NCBI GenBank assembly: GCA_965153355.1
Contig: OZ231126.1
Span: 48,670,001 to 48,734,000, forward strand
Origin: Flaccisagitta enflata
Taxonomy: Eukaryota
Direction of reading: 5' to 3'
Length of the DNA: 64,000 nucleotides
Made by a program: the position numbers and the translations under genes. The number at the start of each line of letters is the position of its first letter. Position 1 is the first letter of the stretch. This document shows, piece by piece, positions 25,987 to 38,221 of the stretch. The notes beneath the pieces are model-generated. The model saw nothing but the letters and a program-made list of their open reading frames with translations, was not told the DNA's origin and ran no database searches.

Positions 25987-26930
25987 AACACACACATAGA
26001 GATGATATTGACCTAACTGTCTCAATTACTACCCTGAAAAATATCAGATATTCCATTTTTACGGCATTTTCTGGCCTTCCAACATCATTTTTACGACTTT
26101 AAATTGTTCTGAATCGCTTAAAATATCTAGATGAATGTATTTTAGCGCCAACTCATTATGGTTTTACTGATTTCTGACCAGCAGAGCAGTTGCACAAGTG
26201 ATAATGCTGTAAAAAAAGCTTAAAATGCCATTTTAATGGCATTTGACGACTTTTTACGGGATTTTGATGAGGCCAAATTGCAACGCTGTGTTGAGAAACT
26301 TTGATACATGTTTGTCTTAGCACCTGATACCCTTTTTCTGGCATTTTTGAAGCTACTGTCCTGCAATAAAAGAGAGTAACTTCTAAAAAATGCTTGAAAA
26401 TGCCAGTTTGATGGCATTTGACAGCTTTCTTAAAATGCTATCAAATGATGGCTGCTTGGCCTGAATTTTTGCGTGATTGTGTCTCAGTGCTATATCAATA
26501 TTGTTTGACCATTTCCTGACTAGCTTGGCTCCTTTCTAGTTCAATATACTAAAAAAATGGTGAAAAATGCCCATTTTACGGCATTTTATGGCTTTTAACG
26601 GCGTTTTCTCGTAAAAATCTAAACAGAATTTTTGGTCTCACACATGGGGACATCTGTCTAGTTGTATATAACACTCCAGAATAGGTAGCTATGCTGTGTC
26701 ATTTTTTCCTACCTATCACAGCTAGGCAGCACGGTGCATTATTTTCATCCAGTCTTAATCATCACTTACGCTTCCAGTTCTGATTTCATTTTGTTGAATT
26801 CCTCCTTCGTCATCGTGTTTTCGCCTAAATAGGACAGACATAACTCATAAGAAGTCAAGTGGGGAAAAAGAATTAATAAATGATGCGATGTTACACACAC
26901 AAAAATATACACACGTGCACAAGTACACAA

Positions 26931-26989
<59 letters not shown>

Positions 26990-27106
26990 GTGATAGTATT
27001 AGAAGAGAGAGATATGATATTAATAATACATAAAAGATACAAGAAAAAAATACACACAAAAAAAAAAAAAAAAAGAGAGAGAGAGAGAGAGAGAAAGAGA
27101 AAGAGA

Positions 27107-27194
<88 letters not shown>

Positions 27195-27593
27195 AGAGAG
27201 AGAGAGATGCAGAGAGAAGAGAGAGAAACAGACGTGCAAAGGGAGTGAAAGACAGTCAGACGGAGTCAAAGGAAAAGAAACAGCAATCACAATATATTCC
27301 AAAATTCATTGGCCAAAACCCCGCATATTCGATTTTTTTTCTCAACAGCAAATCGGCAATTGCCTTAATCGGCATTTCATTCTAATTTCTACATAAGAGT
27401 CATAACATACCTTCTCCTAACTTCTGCAGCTTTTCTCGTGAGGCGTCAAAGTCTGGTCTAGGGGGCGCCGGCGGGATTAAGAAGGCGCCGTATTCTTCGT
27501 TCTCCACGAAACAATCGTGAAGCCAAATGAATTCCTCGTGTTGACGAACCACAGAAAACTCGCGCTGCTGAAACACGCTCAACGTCGTCTGGA

Positions 27594-27676
<83 letters not shown>

Positions 27677-27710
27677 TATAAAGTTATGCAGGAGGTGAGT
27701 AGAGAGAGGA

Positions 27711-27745
<35 letters not shown>

Positions 27746-28776
27746 GACGAACAGACAGAGAAGAGGAGACAAAGACAAATAGACAGAGATAAACAGAAAC
27801 AGACAGACATACAGGGACAAACAGACAGATAGACAGACAGACAGACAAAGAGAATCAAACAGACAGAGACGCGAGTAATAATACATCGGGCAAAGGAGGG
27901 AAGAAAGAATGAAAAGAAGGATGGAAAAAGATGGTGGAAAAAATGAGAGCAATTTTATCAAGAATACAAAATCTTTAAGCAATAGCCCAAACTGCGAACG
28001 CCTGATTTATATTCTCGATCGAAGTGACGGCGAATCTACAGCAAATAGAAATAGAAATAGAAATAGAAATAGAAATACATCCGTCACAATATGGGAAAAC
28101 TTGGCGATGGGGTGTGTGGTTGCTGTGGGTAGGGAAGAGGAGGTGGTGGGTAGAGAAGAGGAGGAGGAGGAGAAGGAGGGGGCAAATTGCCGGGAATGAA
28201 AAGTCGGTTTCTCAATGAAGTAAAAAAAGAAAAAAAGGTGTCCGAGGCGAAAAACGGCCTTGACAACAACGACAGTCCAATTTGCATTTGGACCGTCTCT
28301 CAGCGGCCGATTCACCACAAAATTTGCATTTAGATTAAAAATAAATCTCGAAAAGTACAGCCGGGGAAAAAAAGAGACCACTTCCGTTCAGAAAGGAGAG
28401 GGAGCTGGGCTTGAGCTTGACGCGAGGGGATAGGGTCACGGGATAGGGCCACGCTCTCCGTCCGGGGAACTCTTTCCGGCCAATTTGAGTGCGCGCCATC
28501 TCGGATTCACTGACTTCAACCGTGTAAAAAAGAAAACTTTTGCGGTAGTTATAGTACTAGGTACTGTAAGGACGGGAGGGGGACGGTGGATTTCGTAATA
28601 TACTATAGCTTCCTTCTTTTAAAAACATTGCTGTTCCTTTAAATAGAAATATTATAAATCCCGAGGGACATGTTAAAGAAGGACAAGGATGATAATCTTT
28701 TTCTGTTTCTGTCTTTTTCGCGATTTATTATTCTCTTTCTTTTTTCTTCTTATTATCTGTAAGAGTTAAATATTTT

Positions 28777-28821
<45 letters not shown>

Positions 28822-31229
28822 CAACATATACGCTTCATTTTATAAGAACATGGATTTTTAAAGTCAGCCTCGGCGTTCTTATTTTCAACCCCTTTTTGAG
28901 GCTCAAGTGTTCTTAACATGTTCTTATTTTTGAATTAAATAATCACCTTGATTATATATCTATATTATTATAAAAGTTTGTTTTTTAAGAAATTGTAAAA
29001 AAAAAAAAACATTTTTATTAAATAAAAAGAAATGTAAGATTTATATTTAATAAATAATGAATTATCATTTTAAAAAGCATTATCAAAATATCCATCATTC
29101 AGGGTTTTTTATCTAATTTTACTACTTTTTTAAAAACTTATATTTTCATTTTCAAATCTGAGGCTCAGCAGGTTCTTAAAATGTTCTTATTTTTTGGCCT
29201 AATCTGAGGCTGATGTTCTTATAAACAGTGTTCTTATAAAAAGAAAAGCGTGTACAGACATTTCACATCAGAGAAAAGAAACACTACGTTACACAAAATC
29301 ATTCAGAGCAAACATCGAAGAATGAGAGAAGAATAATTGAATGAATTACATAAATAAATGAAAAACATAAATAAATGAATGAAATGGGTAATTTCAGGAG
29401 AAACCAACCAAATCATAAAACCCTCAAATCATAGATTTTGCTCTTTTTTGGTGTACAGGTGTACCCTGGGGAGTTATTTAAAAATCTCGAATCTTTTCGT
29501 TTTACGACCAATATCTTAGATTTTACGGGCGTTTGAAATTTTTGGAATTTTGAGAATTTTAGGTATTTTGCTAGGGTTTAAATGGTCATAACAACAATTG
29601 TATACATAGGAATGAGGTGATCTTGGTATCAATCTACAAGTTTTAGCCTAGAGAATGTTACAGAACAAATATTATTGAAAATATTTGATGGTTTTTTTGC
29701 TTATAAAATATTTAAATTTCTAGGTAGGTACGATGAAACAGAAAAATACTTCATTTGGAAAAGATTTCTGATGTTTTTATTATATTCAAAATGATTTATG
29801 TTTTTTTCAAAGATAGAACAAGGGTCAAAGTGAAGTCTTTTGAATCCTGGCTCCTGATTGGCTCTTTGGATCTATCGCTGACCAATCAGGAGCTAGGATT
29901 CAAAGGGCTTCACTTTGACCTATTATTTCTGTATCTTTGAAGAAAAACGCCATTCTAATTTTTTTTGGATATGAATCTAAAAACATAAGAGAATCTTTTC
30001 CAAATATTTTTTCACCAAATTTCATCGTACTAGGTACCTAGGGGTACCCAAAATGGCCCCGCATAAGCAAAAAAACCATCAAGTAGATATTTTTCCAATA
30101 AAATTTTTGTTCTGTAACATTCTCTAGGCTAAAACTTGTAGATTGATACCCAGATCACCTCATTCCTAAGTATACAATTGAAGTTATGACCATTTAAACC
30201 CTTGCAAAATACCCAAAATTCCAAAAATTTCAAACGCCTGTAAAATCTAAGATATTGGTCGTAGAACAAAAAGATTCGGGATTTTTAAATAACTCCCCAG
30301 GGCACACCTGTAGACCAAAAATGAGCAAAATCTATGATTTGAGGGTTTTATGATTTGGTTGGTTTCTCCTGAAATTACCCAAATACATAAATGAATAAAT
30401 GAATGAATGAATGAATGAATGAATGAGTGAATGAATGGAAAAATTGAATGGAAGGATGATTTCACTGTTCACATGAATAAATAAAGAGCTCATAGAATGA
30501 ATAAAGAACATAATGAATTAGTTAAACTTGGTACAGACAGGACCCTAATAAGAAGTGAGGAGGGACCCAAAGGTTTAGCAGCCCCCCCTACAGCTCACAT
30601 GGCTCAAGTAATTTTCTCACTTCTAATGGCGGTTGACACCTGAGGTGGATATAATTGGCGCCACCGTGGCGATTTTTGAATTTCCATTTAGAACACCTCT
30701 AGATTTATATGAATTGCCCAAATTTGCCCCCCCCCCAAAAAAAATAATGAACATTTTTTTCCATAAATTATGAAAATTTAGGGGTGTTCTAGATGGAAAT
30801 TCAAAAAACGCCACGGTGGCGCTAATTGTATCCACCTAAGGTGTCAACCGCTACTGGAAGTGAGAAAATTGCTTGAGCCATGTAAGCTGTAGGGGGGGCT
30901 GCTAAACATTTGGGTCCCTCCTCACCTCTTATTAGGGTCCTGTCTGTAAATTAAATAATTGAATAAATTACAGAATAACAGTTCTAAATAGTCAACATAT
31001 GAGCAATATCAATCATGATTATAATTACCTTGGTGTGAACTGTGAACTTGACTTTGTCCCGCTCCGAAAGCGCATCCGAGATGTCGACCATCAAGTCGGA
31101 GGTGTTGAGATCGACCGTGTCTCCGCGACCGCTTTTGTTGTTATTTGTCGACGTCGACGTCGTGGACGCGGGAGTCGACGAAGAGTCTTCGGCCAGTAAG
31201 TTTGGCCCATCGTCAAAACCGTCCATCAT
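16310..31229 (-). CDS. SNX6: Sorting nexin 5/6 (PX-BAR), complete, 10 coding exons, 420 aa
   Basis: Exons 31229-31029, 27588-27411, 26824-26770, 23810-23701, 23369-23236, 22862-22781, 22411-22297, 21541-21491, 18339-18189, 16495-16310. They total 1263 nt, all GT-AG, with matching phases. Motifs [109 protein letters not shown]. Confidence 0.97.
18189..18339 (-). CDS. SNX6: SNX5/6 exon 9
   Basis: [42 protein letters not shown]. Confidence 0.95.
18714..21468. mobile_element. Tc1/mariner-type non-autonomous element hosting nested insertions
   Basis: TA|ACAGGGTGTGCAAAAAATCTCGTACT ... AGTACGAAATTTTTTGCTCATCCTGT|TA. Confidence 0.65.
19875..20848. mobile_element. hAT-type MITE
   Basis: TIR CTGAGCCGGACTT/AAGTCCGGCTCAG, 8-bp TSD AGTAAGAG, subterminal GGGCCCCGCGG motifs. 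Confidence 0.85.
21491..21541 (-). CDS. SNX6: SNX5/6 exon 8
   Basis: [17 protein letters not shown]. Confidence 0.92.
22297..22411 (-). CDS. SNX6: SNX5/6 exon 7
   Basis: [39 protein letters not shown] (hand translated). Confidence 0.88.
22781..22862 (-). CDS. SNX6: SNX5/6 exon 6
   Basis: [27 protein letters not shown] (hand translated). Confidence 0.9.
23236..23369 (-). CDS. SNX6: SNX5/6 exon 5
   Basis: [15 protein letters not shown]...[20 protein letters not shown]. Confidence 0.93.
23701..23810 (-). CDS. SNX6: SNX5/6 exon 4
   Basis: [36 protein letters not shown]. Confidence 0.95.
23950..24670. repeat. Degenerate (CAT)n microsatellite
   Basis: Direct inspection; intronic. Confidence 0.95.
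24675..26736. mobile_element. Non-autonomous Chapaev-like DNA transposon (CAC...GTG ends, 4-bp TSD)
   Basis: CATT|CACCGTGCTGCCTAGCTGTGATA ... TATCACAGCTAGGCAGCACGGTG|CATT, with TIRs of several hundred bp. Confidence 0.8.
25145..25312. mobile_element. Short TA-flanked MITE family (CAGTGGA...AACTG)
   Basis: Shared core GCGCACCCGCTAA..AGGCATGCCCGC also at ~37870-37932 (reverse) and 40560-40720. Diverged relatives at ~10540-10720 and 47882-48057. Confidence 0.65.
26770..26824 (-). CDS. SNX6: SNX5/6 exon 3
   Basis: [19 protein letters not shown]. Confidence 0.93.
26935..27745. repeat. (GA)n microsatellites flanking SNX exons 2-3
   Basis: Direct inspection. The tract at 27596-27672 forms the polypyrimidine tract of exon 2. 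Confidence 0.9.
27411..27588 (-). CDS. SNX6: SNX5/6 exon 2
   Basis: [25 protein letters not shown]...QKLGE. Confidence 0.95.
28829..29252. mobile_element. TA-flanked MITE
   Basis: TACGCTTCATTTTATAAGAAC ... GTTCTTATAAAAAGAAAAGCGTG|TA. Confidence 0.6.
29386..30380. mobile_element. Foldback MITE, Sola-like (4-bp AWWT TSD)
   Basis: AAAT|GGGTAATTTCAGGAGAAACC ... GGTTTCTCCTGAAATTACCC|AAAT; almost the whole element is palindromic. Confidence 0.75.
30534..30946. mobile_element. Tc1/mariner-type foldback MITE
   Basis: TA|CAGACAGGACCCTAATAAGA ... TCTTATTAGGGTCCTGTCTG|TA. Confidence 0.85.
31029..31229 (-). CDS. SNX6: SNX5/6 exon 1
   Basis: [12 protein letters not shown]...[15 protein letters not shown]. 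Confidence 0.93.
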
Positions 31230-31594
31230 TTTTTAAAACTGGTCTTTTGATTTCTTGTTAATTGTTGAGCTCGAGTTTCACAAATGCACGCGAGACGGAG
31301 CCCGTGAATATCTACCAGGTGGAAACTTGCTGAGTGCTAACACCAAGTGGTCCACAATATAATTACTATTTCCAGTATTCGTGATTGTACTTGTTTCTTT
31401 CCCCGCTTCAATTACGTATTACCACGGCAGTATGCAATATCCTCGCCCTTTCATGCAAGGCGACTCAACGTGGAATTGCTGGTTGGGTATATGATCAAAC
31501 AGAAACAATTTAAAGATCAGACTAACAATACGAAAGAGACCAAAAAAGTGAAGGGAAAAGAAACATACCAACCTAATAGAGGACTAACCTAAAA

Positions 31595-32500
31595 GAGGAA
31601 AAGAGGAAGACTGGGAGGAGAAGAAGACTGGGAGAAAAAGAAGAAGACTGGGAGAAAAAGAAGAAGACTGGGAGAAAAAGAAGAAGACTGGGAGAAAAAG
31701 AAGAAGACAGGAGAGAAAAAGAAGAAGACTGGGAGAAAAAGAAGAAGACTGGGAGAAAAAGAAGAAGACTGGGAGAAAAAGAAGAAGACTGGGAGAAAAA
31801 GAAGAAGACTGGGAGAAAAAGAAGAAGACTGGGAGAAAAAGAAGAAGACTGGGAGGAAAAGAATAAGACCGGGAAGAAGAAAACAAGGAGGAAAAGAAGA
31901 AGACTGGGAGAAAAAGAAGAAGACTGGGAGAAAAAGAAGAAGACTGGGAGAAAAAGAAGAAGACTGGGAGAAAAAGAAGACTGGGAGAAAAAGAAGAAGA
32001 CAGGGAGAAGAAGACAGGGAGAAGAAGACTGGGAGAAGAAGAAGACTGGGAGAAAAAGAAGAAGGCAGGGAGGAAAAGAAGAAGACAGGGAGGTAAAGAA
32101 GAATACAAGGAGGTAAAGAAGAAGACAGGGAGGTAAAGAAGAAAACAGGGAGGAAAAGAAGAAGACAGGGAGGAAAAGAAGACAGGGAGGAAAAGAAGAC
32201 GGAGGAAAAGAAGAAGACTAGGAGGAAAAGAAGAAGACTGGTGGGGAAAGAAGAAGACTGGGGGGGAAAGAAGGAGACGGAAAAAGAAGAATGGAAGGAA
32301 AAGAAAAAGACAGAAAAAAGAGGAATTCAAAGAGGAAAAGAAGAAGACAAAGAGGAAAAGAAGAAGACAAAGAGGAAAAGAAGAAGACAAAGAGGAAAAG
32401 AAGAAGACAAAGAGGAAAAGAAGACAAAGAGGAAAAGAAAAAGACTAGGAAATAAAGAAGTAGCTTAAGAGGAAAATTAGAAGACTGAGAGGAAAATTAG
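31595..32500. repeat. Purine-rich 20-bp minisatellite (GAAGAAGACTGGGAGAAAAA)n
   Basis: Direct inspection; unit drifts to GAAGAAGACAAAGAGGAAAA towards the 3' end. Confidence 0.95.
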
Positions 32501-32937
32501 AAAACTAAGATTAAGACAGAGTGTCAACTGGATTTCAGTTGCATGTTGCTCCCTTCTCGTCCCGTAATAAAATTCTTGGGCCCAAATCCCCCGGTCTCGA
32601 AGCCCAAATCCCAGCCTTGAGGCTAAATCCCAGCCTTGGGCCCAAATCCCAGCCTTGGTCCGTCAGCCTTGAGGCTCAAATCCCAGCCTTGAGGCCTAAA
32701 TCCGAGCCTTGAGGCCCAAATCCCCGACTAGAGGCCCAAATCACAACCCGGAGGCCCATATCCCAGCCTTGAGGCCCAAATTTCAGTCTCGAGGTTCAAA
32801 TCCCAGCCAAGAGGCCCAGATCCCATAGGAGGAGAAGGAGAAAATTCCCCATATGTGTGAAAGCATAGGTAATCGACTCCTTTGGGGCCGCTGGCCTGTT
32901 TCCCCTTCAACTACAAGCACAACCTACTTAGGCAGGG

Positions 32938-33009
<72 letters not shown>

Positions 33010-33196
33010 AGCATTATCGACCACCGAACGTATGGGTGTATGGACTTACGGACCGAAAAAAATTGCAAATCGAGAAACAAGCCCACACTAAAGTATGTGG
33101 CAGAGCGGAAAAAGTAAAAATGTCTATGAGCAGACAGCATGAAGGGACAAAGAACCGTGAAGTTGAATGGTAGCTAAACTGTTTCTCTTCTCAGGT

Positions 33197-33590
33197 TCAG
33201 CAGTGGCCCTGAAGGGGACGAAGTCCTGTAGAACACAGGGGCACTTTCATTTGTCCGTTCGTCTGTCCGTGCGCCCCCCCCTGTTCCGCAGGCCTGAAAT
33301 TCACCTTCAGGCTTTGAATCTACCTCTCTCAGGCCTGAACTCTGCCCTCCCAGGCCTGAAATCTGCTCTCTCATCTTCATGGCCTGAGAGGGCAGATTTC
33401 AGGCCTGAGAGGGCAGATTTCAGGCCTCAGAGGGCCAGGGGGGACGGATGGACAAAATTGAAAGTCCTGTGTTCTTACAGGAGCTTGTCCTCTTCGGGAC
33501 CGCTGCCCGCTCCTCATTCCGATTTACAACCATGCAAAAATATGGCAACGGGTATCGCTGACCACGTATTGCCCTTGGGCGACCTGTTTT
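33197..33590 (+). mobile_element. HINE-like family A element
   Basis: Same subTIRs and end GGCAACGGGTATCGCTGACCAC...GGGCGACCTGTT. Relatives with CCCAAATCCCAGCC repeats at 21558-21890, 32560-32940, 34631-34930 and 54250-54690. Confidence 0.7.
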
Positions 33591-33962
33591 TTTAGAACAA
33601 AAATATATGTAAGAGAGAGGTTCCAATTGCCGTTTTCTGAATAAATGAAAAGCAACTTTCCTTCAAGGATTTTTGTTTTGCTCGAGCAATTGATACAAAA
33701 TTTTAATCGATCATTAATCAATGGGTCTTTTTTGTTGCGTGCTACGCGACTCTACAACCCGCTTTGTTGGTTCGTCGGTCGGTCTGTCTGTCCATCGGTA
33801 TGTCCATCGGTCCATCCCACTTTACCTTTTTTTTTGTTTTTACTGTCATTGGCTACACTACTCCTGCCCAAATGTTTGAGTGACCTCAAATACAGCCCCT
33901 GCCCACCCGCACGCGACTTGGGTAGCCGTGTATCCGGCCTTGTTTTCTTTTTTTCTTTCTTA

Positions 33963-34033
<71 letters not shown>

Positions 34034-34178
34034 TTTTCTTTCTTTCTTTCCTTTTTCTTTCTTTCTTTCTTTCATTCTCCGACGGTTTTCTTCCTTTCGT
34101 TCTCCTACGGTTTTCTCTTTCATTTCCCGACGGAGGCTCCATAAAACAAGACTACCCAATATTAACATTTTATTGTGT

Positions 34179-34268
<90 letters not shown>

Positions 34269-35137
34269 AGTTTCCTTCACTTACTGAAAATTCATCAGCC
34301 TATACGGAGAGCAGACAAGGGTGAGTTTATTTCCTAATGAATCGCAATTGGAGGTTAAGTATCATTCCACTTATGCACGAACAGAGGTTAGGCATCAATC
34401 CACTGAATCACGAATACCAATTTCACTGAAGCACGAAGTCGTGCTTCAGTGAAATTAGTCTTGACAGGCCAAATTTTGAGATTTTCTTTCGTGATTCAGT
34501 GAATAGGCCTGGCAGAGCTGTTGCATGACTTTAAAATGTGCTTTCAATGAAGATCAACTGTGATTGGTTGTGCTTTTTAGTCGCGTGCTACGCGAATCTA
34601 CACCCCACTTTGTCGGTCGGTCAATCCCCTTTTGGGCAGCGGCCCGAAGGGTTTGATGACCGATGTTTTCACTTCTGCAGAAGTCTCTTCTTCGTAACAC
34701 CCCCCCCCCATGAAGCCCAAATCCCAGCCTCGAGGCCCAAATCCTAGCCTCGAGGCCCAAATCCCGGTCTTGAGGTCCAATTGCCAACCATGAGGCCCAA
34801 ATCCCAGGGATTTTGGCCTCAAAACTGTGATTTGGGCCTCGAGGCTGGGATTTGAGCCTCGTGGGGGGGGGGCATAGAGGAGGTCATCGACCCCTTCGGG
34901 GCCGTTGCCATCTAACGCTTTTGCGACTATTTACTTTTTCGGCGTTTTCTGAGTGCAGTAACAAATGTAATATTGAATGTACCTTCAGTCGAGCTTCACT
35001 ACTGCAGCCGGAGACCCTTGAAAAGCTCAATTCTGAGCTTTTGCTTTTTTTGCGTTTTTTTCTTAATCTCCTATGACCATACATCCTCATTGAGTGGGCT
35101 AATTTTTTTTTCTGAGAGAATGTTTGGGCAACAGCTA

Positions 35138-36976
35138 CAGTACTTTCCGAGCAAACCCGGTTAAAACTGGAGGATTAATTTTTGTTACTTTAAATTCATT
35201 TCCCAAACTTCATTTTTTGCATCAAAGTTAATTAAAAGATACTTAATTCCTTGAACATATTTGGCTGTCAAAAAAAATAACTCGTGAAATCAAAGTGCAT
35301 GAAGACATCAATATTGAGTGTTCTAACCCAAACTATTGGATTCGTCAGAAAATTTTACTTATCTTAGATTACAAGAACAGCTCAGTCAGACAATTATTTT
35401 GGATTTTATGGCCATTTAAAGTTTTTAAGGACAATTGTCCTAAATTATTTTAAGACAATTGTCCTTAAAAACTTTAAATGGCTGTAAAATCTAACATCTC
35501 AGACAAACGACTTCCAGAGAGAGACAGCCTAGATTTCGACACTAGTTGTCTTTACATCGGTCTTCCCGAGTTTTTTTTTTTCTTTTCTGATTTATTAATG
35601 TATCTTAATCAAGGCAAAAAGTTCTACGAATGCTTTCGTTTAATGATTCATTTAATGGTTGCCTCAAATCCATGTATTACGGAAATGTGTGAATCTGCAT
35701 CATCTTCTGAACATCATTCGCAGGTTATTTTGGCATGACATTTGTCTTTTTTGCGGAATAGTGACACCCCTAGCCCTCTGAGCGCCATAAAAAGCTCTTG
35801 AATGACTTCACTGCCACCCGCATTCCTGATTCTTGACCAGGAACGTACGCCAAACATTAGGTCGCCCAGAATAACTCATTTTGTTAAAAAGTACTAATCC
35901 CTGCGGCTTTTTTTGAAGATTATACACGATTGAATAAGAATTCAGCAGCAAAAAATTTTTTTGAAATTTTTTATGGCAGAAGTATTAGGCCAAAGGTGAT
36001 ATAAGGTCAAAATTTCAAAAAGAGAATTTTATAAATCTGATTGCAGATTCATAATCCTTGCAAAAAACTGTCAAAAGAAAGTGCTCTTCTTTTATTGATA
36101 TTCCTTCAGGAACATAGTCAAAATAAAGGTCAAAGATCTAGATCGGGTCAAAATTGCTCTTTTGTTTAGAATTGGCCTTATTTAGATCTTTGACCTCAAT
36201 TTTGACAATCTTCCCGAAGGAATATCAAAAAAAGAAGAGCACTTTCTTTTGACAGTTTTTTGCAAGGATCATGAATCTGCAATCAGATTTGCAAAATTCT
36301 CATTTTGAAATTTTGACCTTATATCACCTTTGACCTAACACTTCCGCCATAGAAAAATTTCAAAAAAATTTTTTTCTGCTGAATTCTTATTCTTTGGTGT
36401 ATTTTCTTTGAGAAAAGCTGCAGGGATGAGTATTTTTCAGTAAAATGAGTTTTTCTGGGAGGTCTACCAAACATCCAATGAAAGAGTTGGCGCAGGATAA
36501 TGAAAACGGCGGATCGTTAAAAAGGTCGTTAGGAGGCCAGGAACTAAATGTTTGAATCAAATTCTAACAATCAGAGTGATATCTGAATGTATTTCTTGAG
36601 AAAATCTATGTTTTATCACATTCTGAAAAATAAATCGGAACACGGTATGAGCAAAAAATCGCCTATGACATTTTTTTTTCGCCAACTTAAAAAGGCAAGA
36701 CACTTTTGTGAGATGAAATAGTTATCTGACTGAGCTGTTCTTGTAATCTAGGATAGGTAAAATTTTCTGCCAAATCCAATGGTCTGGGTTAGAACACTCA
36801 ATATTGATGTCTTCATGCACTTTGATTTCACGAGTTATTTTTTTTGACAGCCAAATATGTTCAAGGAATTAAGTATCTTTTAATTAAGTTATGTACAAAA
36901 ATGAAGTTTGGGAAATAAAATTATAGTAACAAAAATTAATCCTCCAGTTTTAGCCGGGTTTGCTCGGAAGGTACTG
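35138..36976. mobile_element. Tc1/mariner-type element nested in 35005-37762
   Basis: TA|CAGTACTTTCCGAGCAAACCCGG ... CCGGGTTTGCTCGGAAGGTACTG|TA. The empty site ACAGCTATGTGG is readable in the opposite arm (~37625-37645). Confidence 0.85.
35862..36465. mobile_element. Innermost foldback element
   Basis: CCCAGAATAACTCATTTTG ... TAAAATGAGTTTTTCTGGG; palindrome centre ~36160. Confidence 0.75.
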
Positions 36977-37992
36977 TATGTGGTAGAGAAAAATTGGGGT
37001 GAAGGTATGGATTTTTATCCTTTTTTTGGTTTGGAGAAAAATTGAGAGGTGGAAATCGCGAACTTGGCCTGGTACCTTTCGATTTTTTTCATTTTTTACT
37101 CAGGGATAGATTTTGGGGCAAGGAATTCATTTAGTTTGTAAAATCTCCTACAAGTCTTCAAGAAATAGGCCAAAATAAATAAGTTGATAAAGAAAAGCTC
37201 AGAATTAAGCTTTTTGAGCTTTTGGCTGGATAACCAACTCAAAAAGCTCATTTCTGAGCTTTTCAAAAGCTCAAAGTTGAGCTTTTCAAGACTGACTGTC
37301 GCTCTAAGTCATTAAAGACTCTGTCTTGAAAAGCTCAACTTTGAGCTTTTAAAAAGCTCAGAAATGAGCTTTTTGAGTTGGTTATCCAGCAAAAAGCTCA
37401 AAAAGCTTAATTCTGAGCTTTTCTTTATTAATTTATTTTTTTTGGCTTATATCTTGAAGACTTGTAAAGAATTTGACAATCTAAATGAATTCCTCGCCCC
37501 GAAATCTATCCATGAGTGAAAAATGAAAAAAATCAAAGGGTGCCATGTTCGCGATTTTCACCTCTCAATTTTTCTCCAATCGAAAAAAGTGATAAAAATC
37601 CATACCTACTCCCCAATTTTTCTCCACCACATAGCTGTTGCCCAAACATTCTCTCAGAAAAAAAATTAGCCCACTCAATGAGGATATATAGTCGTGGGAA
37701 ATTAAGAAAAAAACGCGAAAAAGCAAAAGCTCAGAATTGAGCTTTTCAAGGGTCTCCGGCTGTACTGAGCACGTCAAATTGTCAAGGATTACGCAGTTAA
37801 AATGAAGCTTTGTTTTGAATTATCACAAATGTAGAACTGAAATTCTCTTTTGGGGCAGTAAGTTGTATGCTTTATAATGTATATGCGGGCATGCCTTGAT
37901 ATTTAGCGGGTGCGCTCTAGCGGCGCTACACTGTGTTTGACATAAAACGATACCTTTCATTAAATTCGGTCGTTGCATTTTATCCTCGCCAG

Positions 37993-38221
37993 GTTTATTC
38001 ATTCGATGAACCGCGGCCCGAATAACTTTTCGTTGGCGGTGAATCATTTGGCCGATAAAACTCAAGGCGAGATCAAGCTGATGCTAGGCTTAAAGAAGAC
38101 TCCGGGATTTCACGGGGGTCGCATGTACCAGATGCCCGTAAAATCCGAGTCAGGAGCCGTCAAAGGCAAGAAAAACGTCCCCGATCAGTGGGATTGGAGA
38201 ATTGAAGGTGCCGTTACACAG
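37993..38221 (+). CDS. Cysteine proteinase exon (propeptide end + mature N-terminus)
   Basis: [22 protein letters not shown]...[15 protein letters not shown]. Confidence 0.92.

Larger units (their letters stand above)
35005..37762. mobile_element. Foldback DNA element with two nested elements
   Basis: CAGCCGGAGACCCTTGAAAAGCTC ... GAGCTTTTCAAGGGTCTCCGGCTG, flanked by TACTG on both sides. Palindrome centre ~37300. Confidence 0.85.

Noticed and set aside
31584-32468. 268-aa hydrophobic ORF
   Set aside because: Translation of a 20-bp purine-rich minisatellite.
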